The translations under genes and the position numbers were made by a program. 64,000 bases of DNA, from assembly GCF_964194155.1 (NCBI RefSeq), contig NC_135893.1:22320001-22384000 (forward strand), written 5' to 3'. Within the stretch, counting starts at the first letter, position 1. Every line of letters begins with the position of its first letter. This document shows positions 39,191-49,324 of this stretch, piece by piece. The notes under the pieces were generated by a model. That model searched no databases. It was given only the letters and a program-made list of their open reading frames with translations, and had not been told where the DNA came from. This DNA is from Cetorhinus maximus (Eukaryota).

Positions 39191-40899
39191 GAGACCCCTT
39201 TTGTAGTAAAAAAAAATACAGTAAAAAATGGGTTCAGAAATACAGTTGAATCAACTAGGATACCTAGGTTGTGAACAGTCTGGCTCGTTAAACTTCTTAC
39301 AGCCAGTTGGTGAAGGAGATGTCAGAAGTCAACCTTTACTCTGTTTTAGATTTATTCACATAGTGAGACATTACAAATGTATAGCTCCTAACTCTACCAC
39401 AAATATCAAAAAATGTTTTTTATACTCTTTGAGCAAACAATAATCAAATAAATAAATTAACAAATTAACTAATTAACAACCCCCAAAGGGGGTACTGTAA
39501 CTAAAACAAAAATTTCAACGGAAACTTAGCAAATTAACATCTTTACCAGGGCTGATGAAAGGACTAAGCTCCTTTGAGCTGGAATTGAACCAGCTGTGCA
39601 CATGTAATTATATCCAATGAGTGCCCATCTGTATACACTTAACCTTCATTTATACAATTAAAATTATTCAACCAGAGACATGGCCAAGGAGGGGCATGGG
39701 ATCCTCGGCAAGCACACAGTTTGTGATGAAGTGCTTAAGATGATGGCTTTGGTCTTCCCAATGTTCAACTGGAAGTAATAGTGGCTCATCTAAGACAAGC
39801 AGTCTGACAACATGGTTATCAAGAGGGAAGAAAAAGTAGACATGATTGGGTGACAGGAAGAGGAGGAAACAGAAAAGATGACCCCAAGAAAGGAAATTAA
39901 GTGCAGACAGAAATAATGAGTGCTTGGATCTGGGGCAGCAGCAAAAATGCATTTGCAAACAAAGAAGGAATCCAAGAGGCACAAGCGCTGAATAAGAGGC
40001 ATATTCCTGGACATAAGAACTTTTTCATAGTAAAATCAGGTATTGTTACAACAGGCACAATTGGTACCTTAGTGTTACATAGCAAGACTCAAATTCAACA
40101 GAAATTGATTTATTTTTTAATTCTTCCCCTGTGGGTTTGGTGGGTAAAGGTGCAAATCCTTGGTCTCTCCCAATTCTGATGGTTTACTAGGTAAAGACAA
40201 TGATCTTTAGTCTTTGCTAAGTCTCCAGTGCTTTAGTGACTAGATATTGTGCATCTCCAATCATTCCTGTCACAGATTCAATGTGCTTCAATTCATGCAC
40301 ATCAACAGACTACACCAGTTCCATACACATGGTATTTCAACATGGACAAGCCCAAACTACTTCAGTGAAGTATTGAAGGAGAATTGACAGAGATTCTGTC
40401 TTCCAGATAAGACAATAAAGCGAGATCCCATCCATCTCCCCTCAAGTGGACATAAGAGAACCCCATGGCACAATGTGAAGTGTCCTAACCAGCATTAATC
40501 CAACTACAAAGAAAATAAGAGGTGTCAGCTGTGGCTCAGTTCATAGCACCCTCACCTTTGAGTCAGAAGGTTGTGGGTTCATGTCCCACTCCAGGACTTT
40601 GAACAAAAAAAAAAGTCAAGAACTGTGAATGTACTCGAAAGAGTTACAAAGAAAATAAATAGATCATGCGAAGCACAAATTAACAGATGTTTGCAAATGT
40701 ACCCACACCAATTACGCTGCAAAAGTAATTACGTAGCAATAAAGTACTTTGGGGCATCTTGAACGCATAAAAGGCATTATATAATTGCAATAGCTTGCAT
40801 TTATATGGCACCTGAATAAAACATTTCAAGGCATTTCAGAGTGCAATCAGACAAAAGCTGAGCTAAAAACAGGGATATTGGGGCAGGTCAAGAAAAAAA

Positions 40900-41248
40900 A
40901 CTTGCATTTATATTGCATCTTTCACAACAACAAGTCCCAAAGTGCTCTACAGCTAATGAAGTACTTTTGAAGTGTAGTCATTAGTAACAGCCATAACAGT
41001 CAATTTCCACAAACGTCCACAATCTCCAATAATGTGGTAATGATCAGGTAATTGTTTTTGGATGTGGTTAAGGAATAAAGGTTGGCCATGAGAATAAGGA
41101 TGACTCCCCTGCTCTTCAAAATAGGGATATTTTAAGTCCACCTAAGAGAGCAGATGGGGTCTCAGTTTTTACGTTTCATCAAAAAGACTGCACCTCCAAC
41201 AGTTCAGCACTCCACTACTGTCAGCCTTGATTTTTGTGCTCAAGTCCT
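40900..41248 (-). mobile_element. Deu-domain SINE
   Basis: GAAGTACTTTTGAAGTGTAGTCA...CCACCTAAGAGAGCAGATGGGG...GTGCTCAAGTCCTGG. Confidence 0.7.
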
Positions 41249-41530
41249 GGTGAACCAAACACTGGTCAAAAAAGTAGGTTTTAAGCAATGTCTTAAAGGA
41301 GAGAGAAGTAGAGAGGAAAAGATCACTGAAGGGAATTCCAGGGCTTAAGGCCCAAAATGCTGAAGGCACAGCTATCAAGAGTGGGCAAAACCAATGGTGA
41401 TGACAAAAGGCCAGGTCGAAGGAACACGATTCTCAGGAGGCTGTGAGGCTGGAGGAGGTTGTAGAGATAGGAAGGATGAGGCTGTGAAGAAATTTGAACA
41501 CAAAAGGTATACAAATCAAATTTTCTTTAC

Positions 41531-41765
41531 TTAAAAGCAAAATACTGCAGATGCTAGAAATCTGAAACAAAAATAGAAATTGCTGGAAAACTTCAGCAGG
41601 TCTAACAGCATCTGTGGAGAGAAAGACAGAGTTAATGTAGAGTCTGCATGATTCTTCTTCAGAGCACCTGAAGAGTCATACGGACTCGAAACGTTAACTC
41701 TGTCTTTCTCTCCACAGATGCTGTTAGACCTGCTGAGTTTTTCCAGCATTTTCTATTTTTGTTTC
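41531..41765. mobile_element. Fold-back element of two inverted Penelope termini
   Basis: Highly complementary arms; hammerhead-like core CTGAAGAGTCATACGGACTCGAAACGTTAAC 41668-41698; TSD TTTCTTTAC 41522-41530 / 41766-41774. Confidence 0.88.
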
Positions 41766-41819
41766 TTTCTTTACATAACTGTCAAGGCATCAGAGTCAGG
41801 TCTGATATCTTTATTTTAA

Positions 41820-41965
41820 AAAAAGGGTAAAATATTGCAGATGTTAGGAATCAAGAAGTAGAAAATGCCAGAGAAACACAGCACGTTACTGTTTCAGGTG
41901 TTGATCTGAAACGTTAACTTATCTGTTTTCTCCACAGTTACTGGCTTATTCCATAATATCTTCTG
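41820..41965. mobile_element. Older degenerate Penelope-terminus fold-back
   Basis: AAAATATTGCAGATG...AGAAAATGC arm followed by GAAACGTTAAC...CTCCACAG arm. Confidence 0.5.
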
Positions 41966-42099
41966 ATCCTATTCTCACCTTACATTCACACACAAGCACA
42001 CCTAACAGGAGCCATCAGATAGTAATCAGGAACACAAGCTGTGCTGACTTTCAAGGTCAACGGGCCAACCAACACCTAATGTCTGGACCAAGCATGAAG

Positions 42100-42670
42100 A
42101 ATGGCAGATGGGGTGGGGTACCGAAAGCGGCCGATTACGGTGAGGTCGCAGCCAAGCCAGTCCAAAGCTACTGGGAAGGACAGACACGGGGGTCGCCAGC
42201 AAGGGCATTTGATCCCTTATGCTCGAGCTGATTGTACTGGGGATTGAGCAAGGCAGCTGCTAGTTTGCTCCGTGTTATCGTCAGTCATAACGAGTTGTTG
42301 AACTGCTGCTGCCGGCGTCAGTGTTATCAGTGACCGGGCATCTTGCCCAAGACCTGCCGGCTAGGCCCCGGGGCTCAACCGTTGCCCACTCCGCCACATG
42401 CAGGTCGACCAATACCCGCCACCAGCTCAGATAGGAACGATCCCGAGCCATCGGCTGCACTCCGAGCAACTTTACCTAATTTCACCAACGCGTCCGCCAT
42501 GCACCGCTCCGCTTTCCTAGCTATTTCGGTCTCCGCCATCTTAGACTGCCCAGTAACTGCCTCTCGCGAGAATTGGCCGCGATCTGGCAGCAAGGGGCGG
42601 GGCCACGGTGTTTACCACGTGATCGGGAGGGACCCAGAGGCGGAGCAGCAAGAAGAGGCCAGAGAAGTCA
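42100..42670 (-). promoter_or_regulatory. CpG island / promoter of MICOS10
   Basis: CpG-dense; TCTCGCGAGA palindrome 42562-42571, GC box GGGGCGGGGC 42594-42603, E-box CACGTG 42616-42621, YY1-type AAGATGGCG over the start codon. Confidence 0.8.
42476..42539 (-). CDS. MICOS10: MICOS complex subunit MIC10, coding exon 1 (MAETEIARKAERCMADALVKL-G)
   Basis: ATG in AAGATGGCG context in a CpG island; aligns with vertebrate Mic10 N-terminus (human MSESELGRKWDRCLADAVVKIG, recalled); 64 nt, phase-1 donor G|GTAAAG. Confidence 0.93.
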
Positions 42671-42998
42671 GCAATGCACTTACAAACTTCATCCATTAAC
42701 AACCCACACAAACCCATCAACAATCCTATAGATGCATCAGTGAGCTTCCAAATTCCATCAATAGCCCTGCCAAATAATCCACAACACTACAAACTCCCAC
42801 ACCAGCTTCCAAAATATCCATCAGTGCCTCTGAATAATAGAAGGCTTGCGGCACAGAAGGAGGCCTTCAGCCCATTGAGCCTGTGCCATAATTGTAATTG
42901 CAAAAGTCCCAATCCCCTGCCCTTTCCCCATAGCCCTGCAAATTTCTTCTGTTCAGATGCTTGTCAAATTCCCTTTGGAAAGCGATGATTGACTCTTC

Positions 42999-44718
42999 TG
43001 ATAAAAGCAAAATACTGTGGATGCTGGAAATCTGAAACAAAAATAAAAATTGCTGGAAAAGCTCAGCAGGTCTTACAGCATCTGTGGAGAGAAAGACAGA
43101 GTTAACTTTTCGAGTCCGTATGACTCTTCTTCAGAACTAAAGAGAAGTGGAAATGTGAAACATATACTGTTTAAAGGGGGTGGGACAGGTGAAGCTGGAT
43201 AGAAGGCCAGCAATAGGTGGAGGCAAAGGAGAGATTGCAAAATATGTCATAAACAAAAGGTCAAAGGGGTGTTGATGGTGGTGATACTGGCTAAAGGAGG
43301 TGCTGCTGGTGACATTAAGAGTAGAAAGCAGGATGAGCAAGTGACAGATGGTCCTGGGGGAAGGAGATGGTGTGGGAAAAAGATCAAAATGGGCTAAAAG
43401 GTGGGGATAAAACAATGAATGGAAATAAATTTTAAAAATAATAATAGAAATAGATGAGAAAAAATGTATAAAAATTAAAAAATAAGTATTGAAAAAAGGG
43501 GATCAAAAAGGGGTGAGGTTGGAGGAGAGAGTTCATGATCTAAAGTTGTTGAACTCAATGTTCAGTCCGGAAGGCTGTAAAGTGCCTAATCGGAAGATGA
43601 GGTGCTGTTCCTCCAGTTTGCTTTGAGCTTCACTGGAACATTGCAGCAAGCCAAGGACGGACATGTAGGCATGAGAGCAGGGTGGTGTGTTGAAATGGCA
43701 AGCGACAGGAAGGCCCGGGTCATGCTTGTGGACAGACCGAAGGTGTTCCGCAAAGCGGTTACCCAGTCTGCACTTGGTCTCTCCAATGTAGAGGAGGCCG
43801 CATTGGGAGCAGCAAATGCAGTAGACCAAATTGAGGGAAGTGCAAGTGAAGTGCTGCTTCACTTGAAAGGAGTGTTTAGGCCCTTGGACGGTGAGGAGGG
43901 GGGAAGTAAAGGGGCAGGTGTTGCACCTTCTGCAATTGCATGGGAAGGTGCCATGGGATGGGGTTGAGGTGTAGGGGGTGATGGAGGAGTGGACCAGGGT
44001 GTCCCGGAGGGAACAGTCCCTACGGAATGCTGACGGGGGGGGTGAAGGGAAGATGTGTTTGGTGGTGCCATCATGCTGGAGTTGGTGGAAATGGTGGAGG
44101 ATGATCCTTTGAATGTGGAAGCTGGTGGGGTGAAAAGTGAGGACAAGGGGGACCCTATCATGGTTCTGGGAGGGAGAGGAAGGTGTGAGGGCATAGGCAT
44201 GGGAGATGGGTCAGACATGGTTGAGGGCCCTGTCAACCACCGTGGGTGGGATACCTTGATTAAGGAAGAAGGAAGACATGTCAGAAGCACTGTTTTGGAA
44301 AGTGGCATCATCATAACAGATGCGACGGAGGCGAAGGAACTGAGAGAATGGGATGGAGTCCATACAGGAAGCAGGGTGTGGGGAGCTGTAGTCGAGGTAG
44401 CTGTGGGAGTCGGTGGGCTTGTAATGAATATTGGTGGACAGTCTATCACCAGAAATTGAGACGAGAGGTCAAGGAAGGGAAGGGAAGTGTCAGTGATGGA
44501 CCACGTGAAAATGATAGAGGGGTGGAAATTGGAAGCAAAATTAATAAATTTTTCCAGGTCCAGATGAGAGCATGAAGTGACACCGAAACAGTCATCGATG
44601 TACAGGAGAAAGAGTTGTGGGAGGGGGCCTGAGTAGGACTAGAACAAGGAATATTCCCCATACCCCATTAAGAGTCAGGTATAACTGGGGCCCATGCAGG
44701 TACCCATAGCCACAACTT
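42999..44718 (-). mobile_element. 5'-truncated, frameshifted Penelope-like retroelement (RT C-terminal part + GIY-YIG endonuclease + terminal repeat)
   Basis: ORF 43533..43862 has LVYCICCSQCGLLYIGETKCRLGNRFAEH (GIY-YIG); AMGTCMGPSY (~44680-44710) and YIDD (~44590-44602) RT motifs; TSD TTGACTCTTC at 42989-42998 and 44719-44728. Confidence 0.92.
43100..43138 (-). ncRNA. Minimal hammerhead-ribozyme-like motif in the Penelope terminal repeat
   Basis: - strand reads AGTT-CTGAAGA-A-GAGTC atacg GACTC-GAAA-AGTT-AACT: helix I, CUGANGA, helix II, GAAA; helix III reduced (intact GAAACGTT in other copies). Confidence 0.6.
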
Positions 44719-44762
44719 TTGACTCTTCCTCCACCACCCTCTCAGGCTGGCATTCCTAATCA

Positions 44763-44996
44763 TTTAAATAAAAGCAAAATGCTGCGGAAGCTGGAAATCT
44801 GAAATAAAAACAAAGTACTGGAAAAACTCGGCAGGTTTGGCAGTATTAGCGGAGAGAGAAACAGATTCAATGTTTCCAGTGAAAAATGACTCCAGACTGG
44901 AGAATGATCCTGGAGAAGAGTCATATGTTAACTCTGTTTCTCTCTCCACAGATGATGCCAGACCTACTGAGTTTTTCCAGCACCTTCTGTTTTTAC
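44763..44996. mobile_element. Fold-back element of two inverted Penelope termini
   Basis: Inverted arms; TSD TCCTAATCA 44754-44762 / 44997-45005. Confidence 0.85.
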
Positions 44997-45005
44997 TCCT
45001 AATCA

Positions 45006-46260
45006 CTTGCTGCATAAAAAAGAGCTTTTCCTCATGTTGGTTTTGCTTCTTTTGCCAATTACCTTGTTCCCCAGTTCTCTACCCTTCCTTCAATGGGAAC
45101 AATTTCTCTCTCTCTCTACTCTGTTAGACCCTTCATGATTTTGAAACTCTCTTCCAAATTTTCTCTCAACCTTCACTTCCCTAAAGTGATAAACTTCAGC
45201 TTCTCCAATCTATCCACATATCTGATGTTCCTCATCCCCAGAGCCATTTTTGTACTTTTCTGCACGCACTCTAAAGCCTTCACATCCTTCTAAAATGTGG
45301 TGCCCAGAATTGGACACGATAATCCAGTTGAGGCCGAACTAGTGTCTCCTAAAGAATTATTATAACCTTCCTGGTTTTGTGCTCCCTCTATTCATAAAAA
45401 CCCAGGATACCCTATGTCTTGCTGACTACTTTCTCAATTTACCCTGCCACATTCAATAATTTTTCATATACCCTCATGTTTCACTGTTCCCACGACCCTT
45501 TTAATTTATATTGCCTCTCCTATCAAGAAAAGCAGTGGTCACAGACATGAGACCTGGGGAACCCCACTGCATACTTTCTCTCAATCCAAAAAAGTAAACA
45601 TTAAACAAAAAATTTGCCGCTACTTTTTGCTTCCTGTCAATCATCCGATAGGCTTCAACTTTGCTGATAAGGCTATTATATGGCACTTTATCAAACACCT
45701 TTTGGAAGGCTCTAGAAACCACATCACCTACCCCCTTCTGTTACCTCATCAAAAAACTCAATCAAGTTAGTTAAACATAATTTGACTTTAACAAATCCAT
45801 GCTGGCTTTCCTTAATTAAACCAGACTTGTGGAAGAGAGTTCCAGATTTCCAATACCATGAGTATGTTCTGATTATACTCCTGAATGACCTAGATCTAAT
45901 TTTAAGATGCTCTCTTGTTCTTGATCCTCTACCAGAGGAAAGTTTCTCTGTATCTACCCTTTTGAATCCCTTTATCATTTAAAGCACCTAGATTAGCTCA
46001 TCCCCCAACAATATGAAGTGAAGGGAATACAAGTTTATGTGGCATGCCCTCATTATTTAACCCTTTAACCCCTGGTATCACGCCGGCGAAACTATACCCC
46101 TTCACAGGACAATATATCTTTCCTGAGGTTTACTGCCCAAAATTGAACATAATACTTCAGATGGGGCTGACTAAAGCTCTGCACAATTTAATCATTATTT
46201 CCTCACTTCTGCATCCCAACAATCCACAGATAAAAACCAACATTCCTGAACATTTTTGAT
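45006..46260 (-). mobile_element. Mosaic of CR1-type LINE fragments
   Basis: ORFs SQHGFVKVKLCLTNLIEFFDEVT and AFQKVFDKVP; first piece continues the CR1 tail starting at ~42835. Confidence 0.75.
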
Positions 46261-46929
46261 TACATTGCACTAAAGTCAAGTCAGCAATCCAACATTAACA
46301 GGCAACAGTTTTGAAAATCCATCAATAATTCTGAAACTCCATTAGTAACCAAGTATTAATAATACTGCAAAATCTCAACTAACATGTCGGTGCAGTAGTG
46401 AGGGAAGTGCTAAAGTGTTGGCGATACCATTTTTGGATAAAACATTAAACAAAGGCCCTGCTGATTGCCTGTTTTGGTGGACATGAAAGATTCTATCACA
46501 CGGTTTGAAAAAGAGCAACAAAAATTCTACATGTTCCTCAAGGATCTGCATCTCAGCTTTTCACTATTTATTTTAATGGTTTGGATAAAATAATAAAGAA
46601 TTGTATATCCAAGTATTCAGATGGTATTATGTAAGGAAACACAGTAAGTTGCATGGATGGGAGCAGGAAGATGCAAAGGGACATGGACAGACTAAGAATG
46701 GGCCAAACTAATGACGAGTGGAGTTCAATGTGGAGAAATGTGAAGCCGCTTTGGACCTGAGAAAGATAAATCAGAATATTATCTTAATGTTGAGAGATTA
46801 GGAGCTGTGTAGGAGCAAGTAGGATGAGGTGCCTGTGTACACAAATTGCTAAAAGATTGTTCACAGGTGCAATAAGTAATCAACAAGGCTAATGGAATGT
46901 TAGCCTTTATCTTTTCTTATCTTCATAAC

Positions 46930-47255
46930 TTCCTCTAACCCTACAACTCACCGAGATATCTGTGGTCCTCCAATTCTAGCCTCTTGCACATCCCTGATTT
47001 TAATTACTCCACCACTGCTGTCCATGTCTTCAGCTGCCAAGACTCTACGTTCTGGAATTCTCTCCCTGATCTTCTCTGGTTCTCTACCTCTCTTTCCTTC
47101 TTTAAGGTGCTCTTTAAAGCCCACCTCTTCGACTAAGCTTTTGAACATCTGCTCTAATATCTCCTTATGTGGGTTGATGTCAAATTTTGTTAGGCAACAC
47201 TGCTATGAAGTACCTTGGGAAACTTTATGGCATTAAAAGTGCTATATAAATGCAA
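46930..47255 (+). mobile_element. L2-like LINE 3' tail
   Basis: CTGGAATTCTCTCCCT...TTTAAGGTGCTCTTTAAAGCCCACCTCTT...GCTATATAAATGCAAG end. Confidence 0.6.
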
Positions 47256-48314
47256 GCTGTCGTTCAAGGGACTGGAATTCAAAAGTCATCAAAAATGACT
47301 AAGGGGTTCACAAGGACATGTGCTGAAAAACTATTTCCTCTGGTGGGAGAATCCAGAACAAAAAGGCATAATCTTACAATTAGTGCCTGGCCATTGAGGA
47401 GTGAAATCTGGATCCACCTTTACAGCACTGGGGAGTGGAAATCTGGAATGATGCCCCAAAAGGCTGAGGATGCTAGGTCAATTGAAATATATGTTACCTA
47501 TGCAAAATAAGGGATATCAAACAAAGATTGGGTAAAAGAAGTTGGGTGCAGATCAGCTGCAATCTAAATGAATGACAAAACATCTTGAGGGGCTGAAAGG
47601 TTGAGCCCTGTTCTTATATTCCTAGTTTCCCAATGTTCTTACCTTCCAGTAGCATGGCCAACATTTGCCTAATAACCAATACTACTAAAAAAGACTAACT
47701 GATCATTAACTTATTGCTGTTTGTGAAACTATGTTATGCATAAGTTAATTGCCACATTTGCCTCCAAAACACAATTGACTATACAGCGAAAGAAATCCAT
47801 TGACTCAGGGGCTCCTTACTTTCCAATTTCCAAGTTTCTATGCTTCCCTCCAGCTCCTCATTCCCATACACATGCTCTGACTGCAGAATCCAAATTCAGC
47901 TCAGAGGTGTCATAGTTCTGGGTAAAAATATCAAGTACAAGCCCAAACTTTTAAAAGAGGCTAAGGGCTTCAAGTAAAGATGCTCATTTAAGCATTAAAA
48001 GGCATAACATTCATTGTGCACATTTTATCATGTTAGTATAAATCTATATAATTTCTGAAGACTATTTTATTTAAGTTCTTAAATTGAGCTGTAGGAATTT
48101 TACCTCTTGGGGAAAAAAATGTCCAGTCAAAATTTTTCAAATGGAAGCAATTTGAGTGATTTGCGGGAATCCAGTTGTCAGAGTACATGATCAGAGTGGC
48201 ACATTTATACAGGCAAAAGCCATTGTAAAAGAATATAGGAAATGACACAAAAAGTGTGACAAAAGCATGACAACAAGGAATCAACTTCTGCAGACAGGAA
48301 ACACAAAGTACTCT

Positions 48315-48446
48315 CCGGAATCATTCTCCAGTTCATATTCAACTCATAACGTTAACTCTGTTTCTCTCTACACAGATGCTGCCAAACCTGCTGAGTGCAA
48401 CAGTTTTTATTTCATATATCCAGCATCTGTAGTATTTTTCTTTTAT
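48315..48446 (+). mobile_element. Penelope terminal repeat fragment
   Basis: AACGTTAACTCTGTTTCTCTCTACACAGATGCTGCCAAACCTGCTGAG. Confidence 0.7.
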
Positions 48447-48584
48447 ATTGAAATAACTGAACCATCTGAAATATTAACAAATGTAGACTGACAAACAGTT
48501 GAATAGATTGACTGGAGTTCTATGAGTATTTCCTTATGTACCTTTATAATGGAGGTAGACAGGAGGAGAATGGCACCCCATCCA

Positions 48585-48985
48585 CCACATTAAACATTAA
48601 CTCCCTCTACCACCAACACTCAGTGGTAGCAGTGTGCACCATCTACAAGGTGCATTGCAGCAACTCACCAAGGCAGTACGTTCCAAACCCGTAACTTCTG
48701 CAACCAAAAAAGACAAGGGCAACAGATGTATGGGAACACCATCCTCTACAAGTTCCCCTTCAAGCCACACACCATCCTGACTTGGAAATATATCGCCGTT
48801 CCTTCACTGTCGCTGGGTTAAAGTTTTGGAACTCCCTTCCTAAGAGCACCATGGGTGTACCTATATCACATGGATTGCAGCAGTTCAAGAAGGCAGCTCA
48901 CCACCAGCTTCTGAAGGGCAATTAGGGATGGGCAATAAATGCTGGCCAGGCCAGTGATGCCCACATGCCATGAAAGAATTTTAAA
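48585..48985 (+). mobile_element. 3' fragment of the same LINE family, opposite orientation
   Basis: Ends AAGGGCAATTAGGGATGGGCAATAAATGCTGGCC...CCCACATGCCATGAAAGAATT. Confidence 0.8.
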
Positions 48986-49324
48986 AATTAACATAATTTC
49001 TCTGTTTGCTGAACCATCAAAAATAAAAAATACTTGATGGGGACTGGTAATAATTAGTCCAGAATACCCCACTTTCCCAAATGTGTGAGCTGCTGTATTC
49101 ACAGTTTTGCTTGTTAACCGAGAAGGAACAGCCGTAGCACGGAAGAAATCACACCACGTAAATCAAAGTGCAAGCTGTTCATAACTTTAGCTCTGACTGG
49201 ATATCTGAACTCTGAGTGTCCTGCAAATGTGTACTACATAGGTACAACATCACACCATGAAATTCAAAAACAGAAGGCCATTTCATCTAAAACTCATGTC
49301 CCTTGTAACTGCATTATGATTTTT

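Noticed and set aside
42375-42593. Full 72-aa single-exon ORF as called by the ORF track
   Set aside because: Starts at a non-ATG codon and runs through the splice donor; the real coding part is 42476-42539.
42695-42830. Recurring CCATCA words upstream of the MICOS10 promoter
   Set aside because: Too degenerate to define a repeat unit or motif array by eye.
43533-44718. Autonomous or domesticated GIY-YIG/RT gene
   Set aside because: RT is 5'-truncated and broken by stops and frameshifts; TSD-bounded dead Penelope copy.
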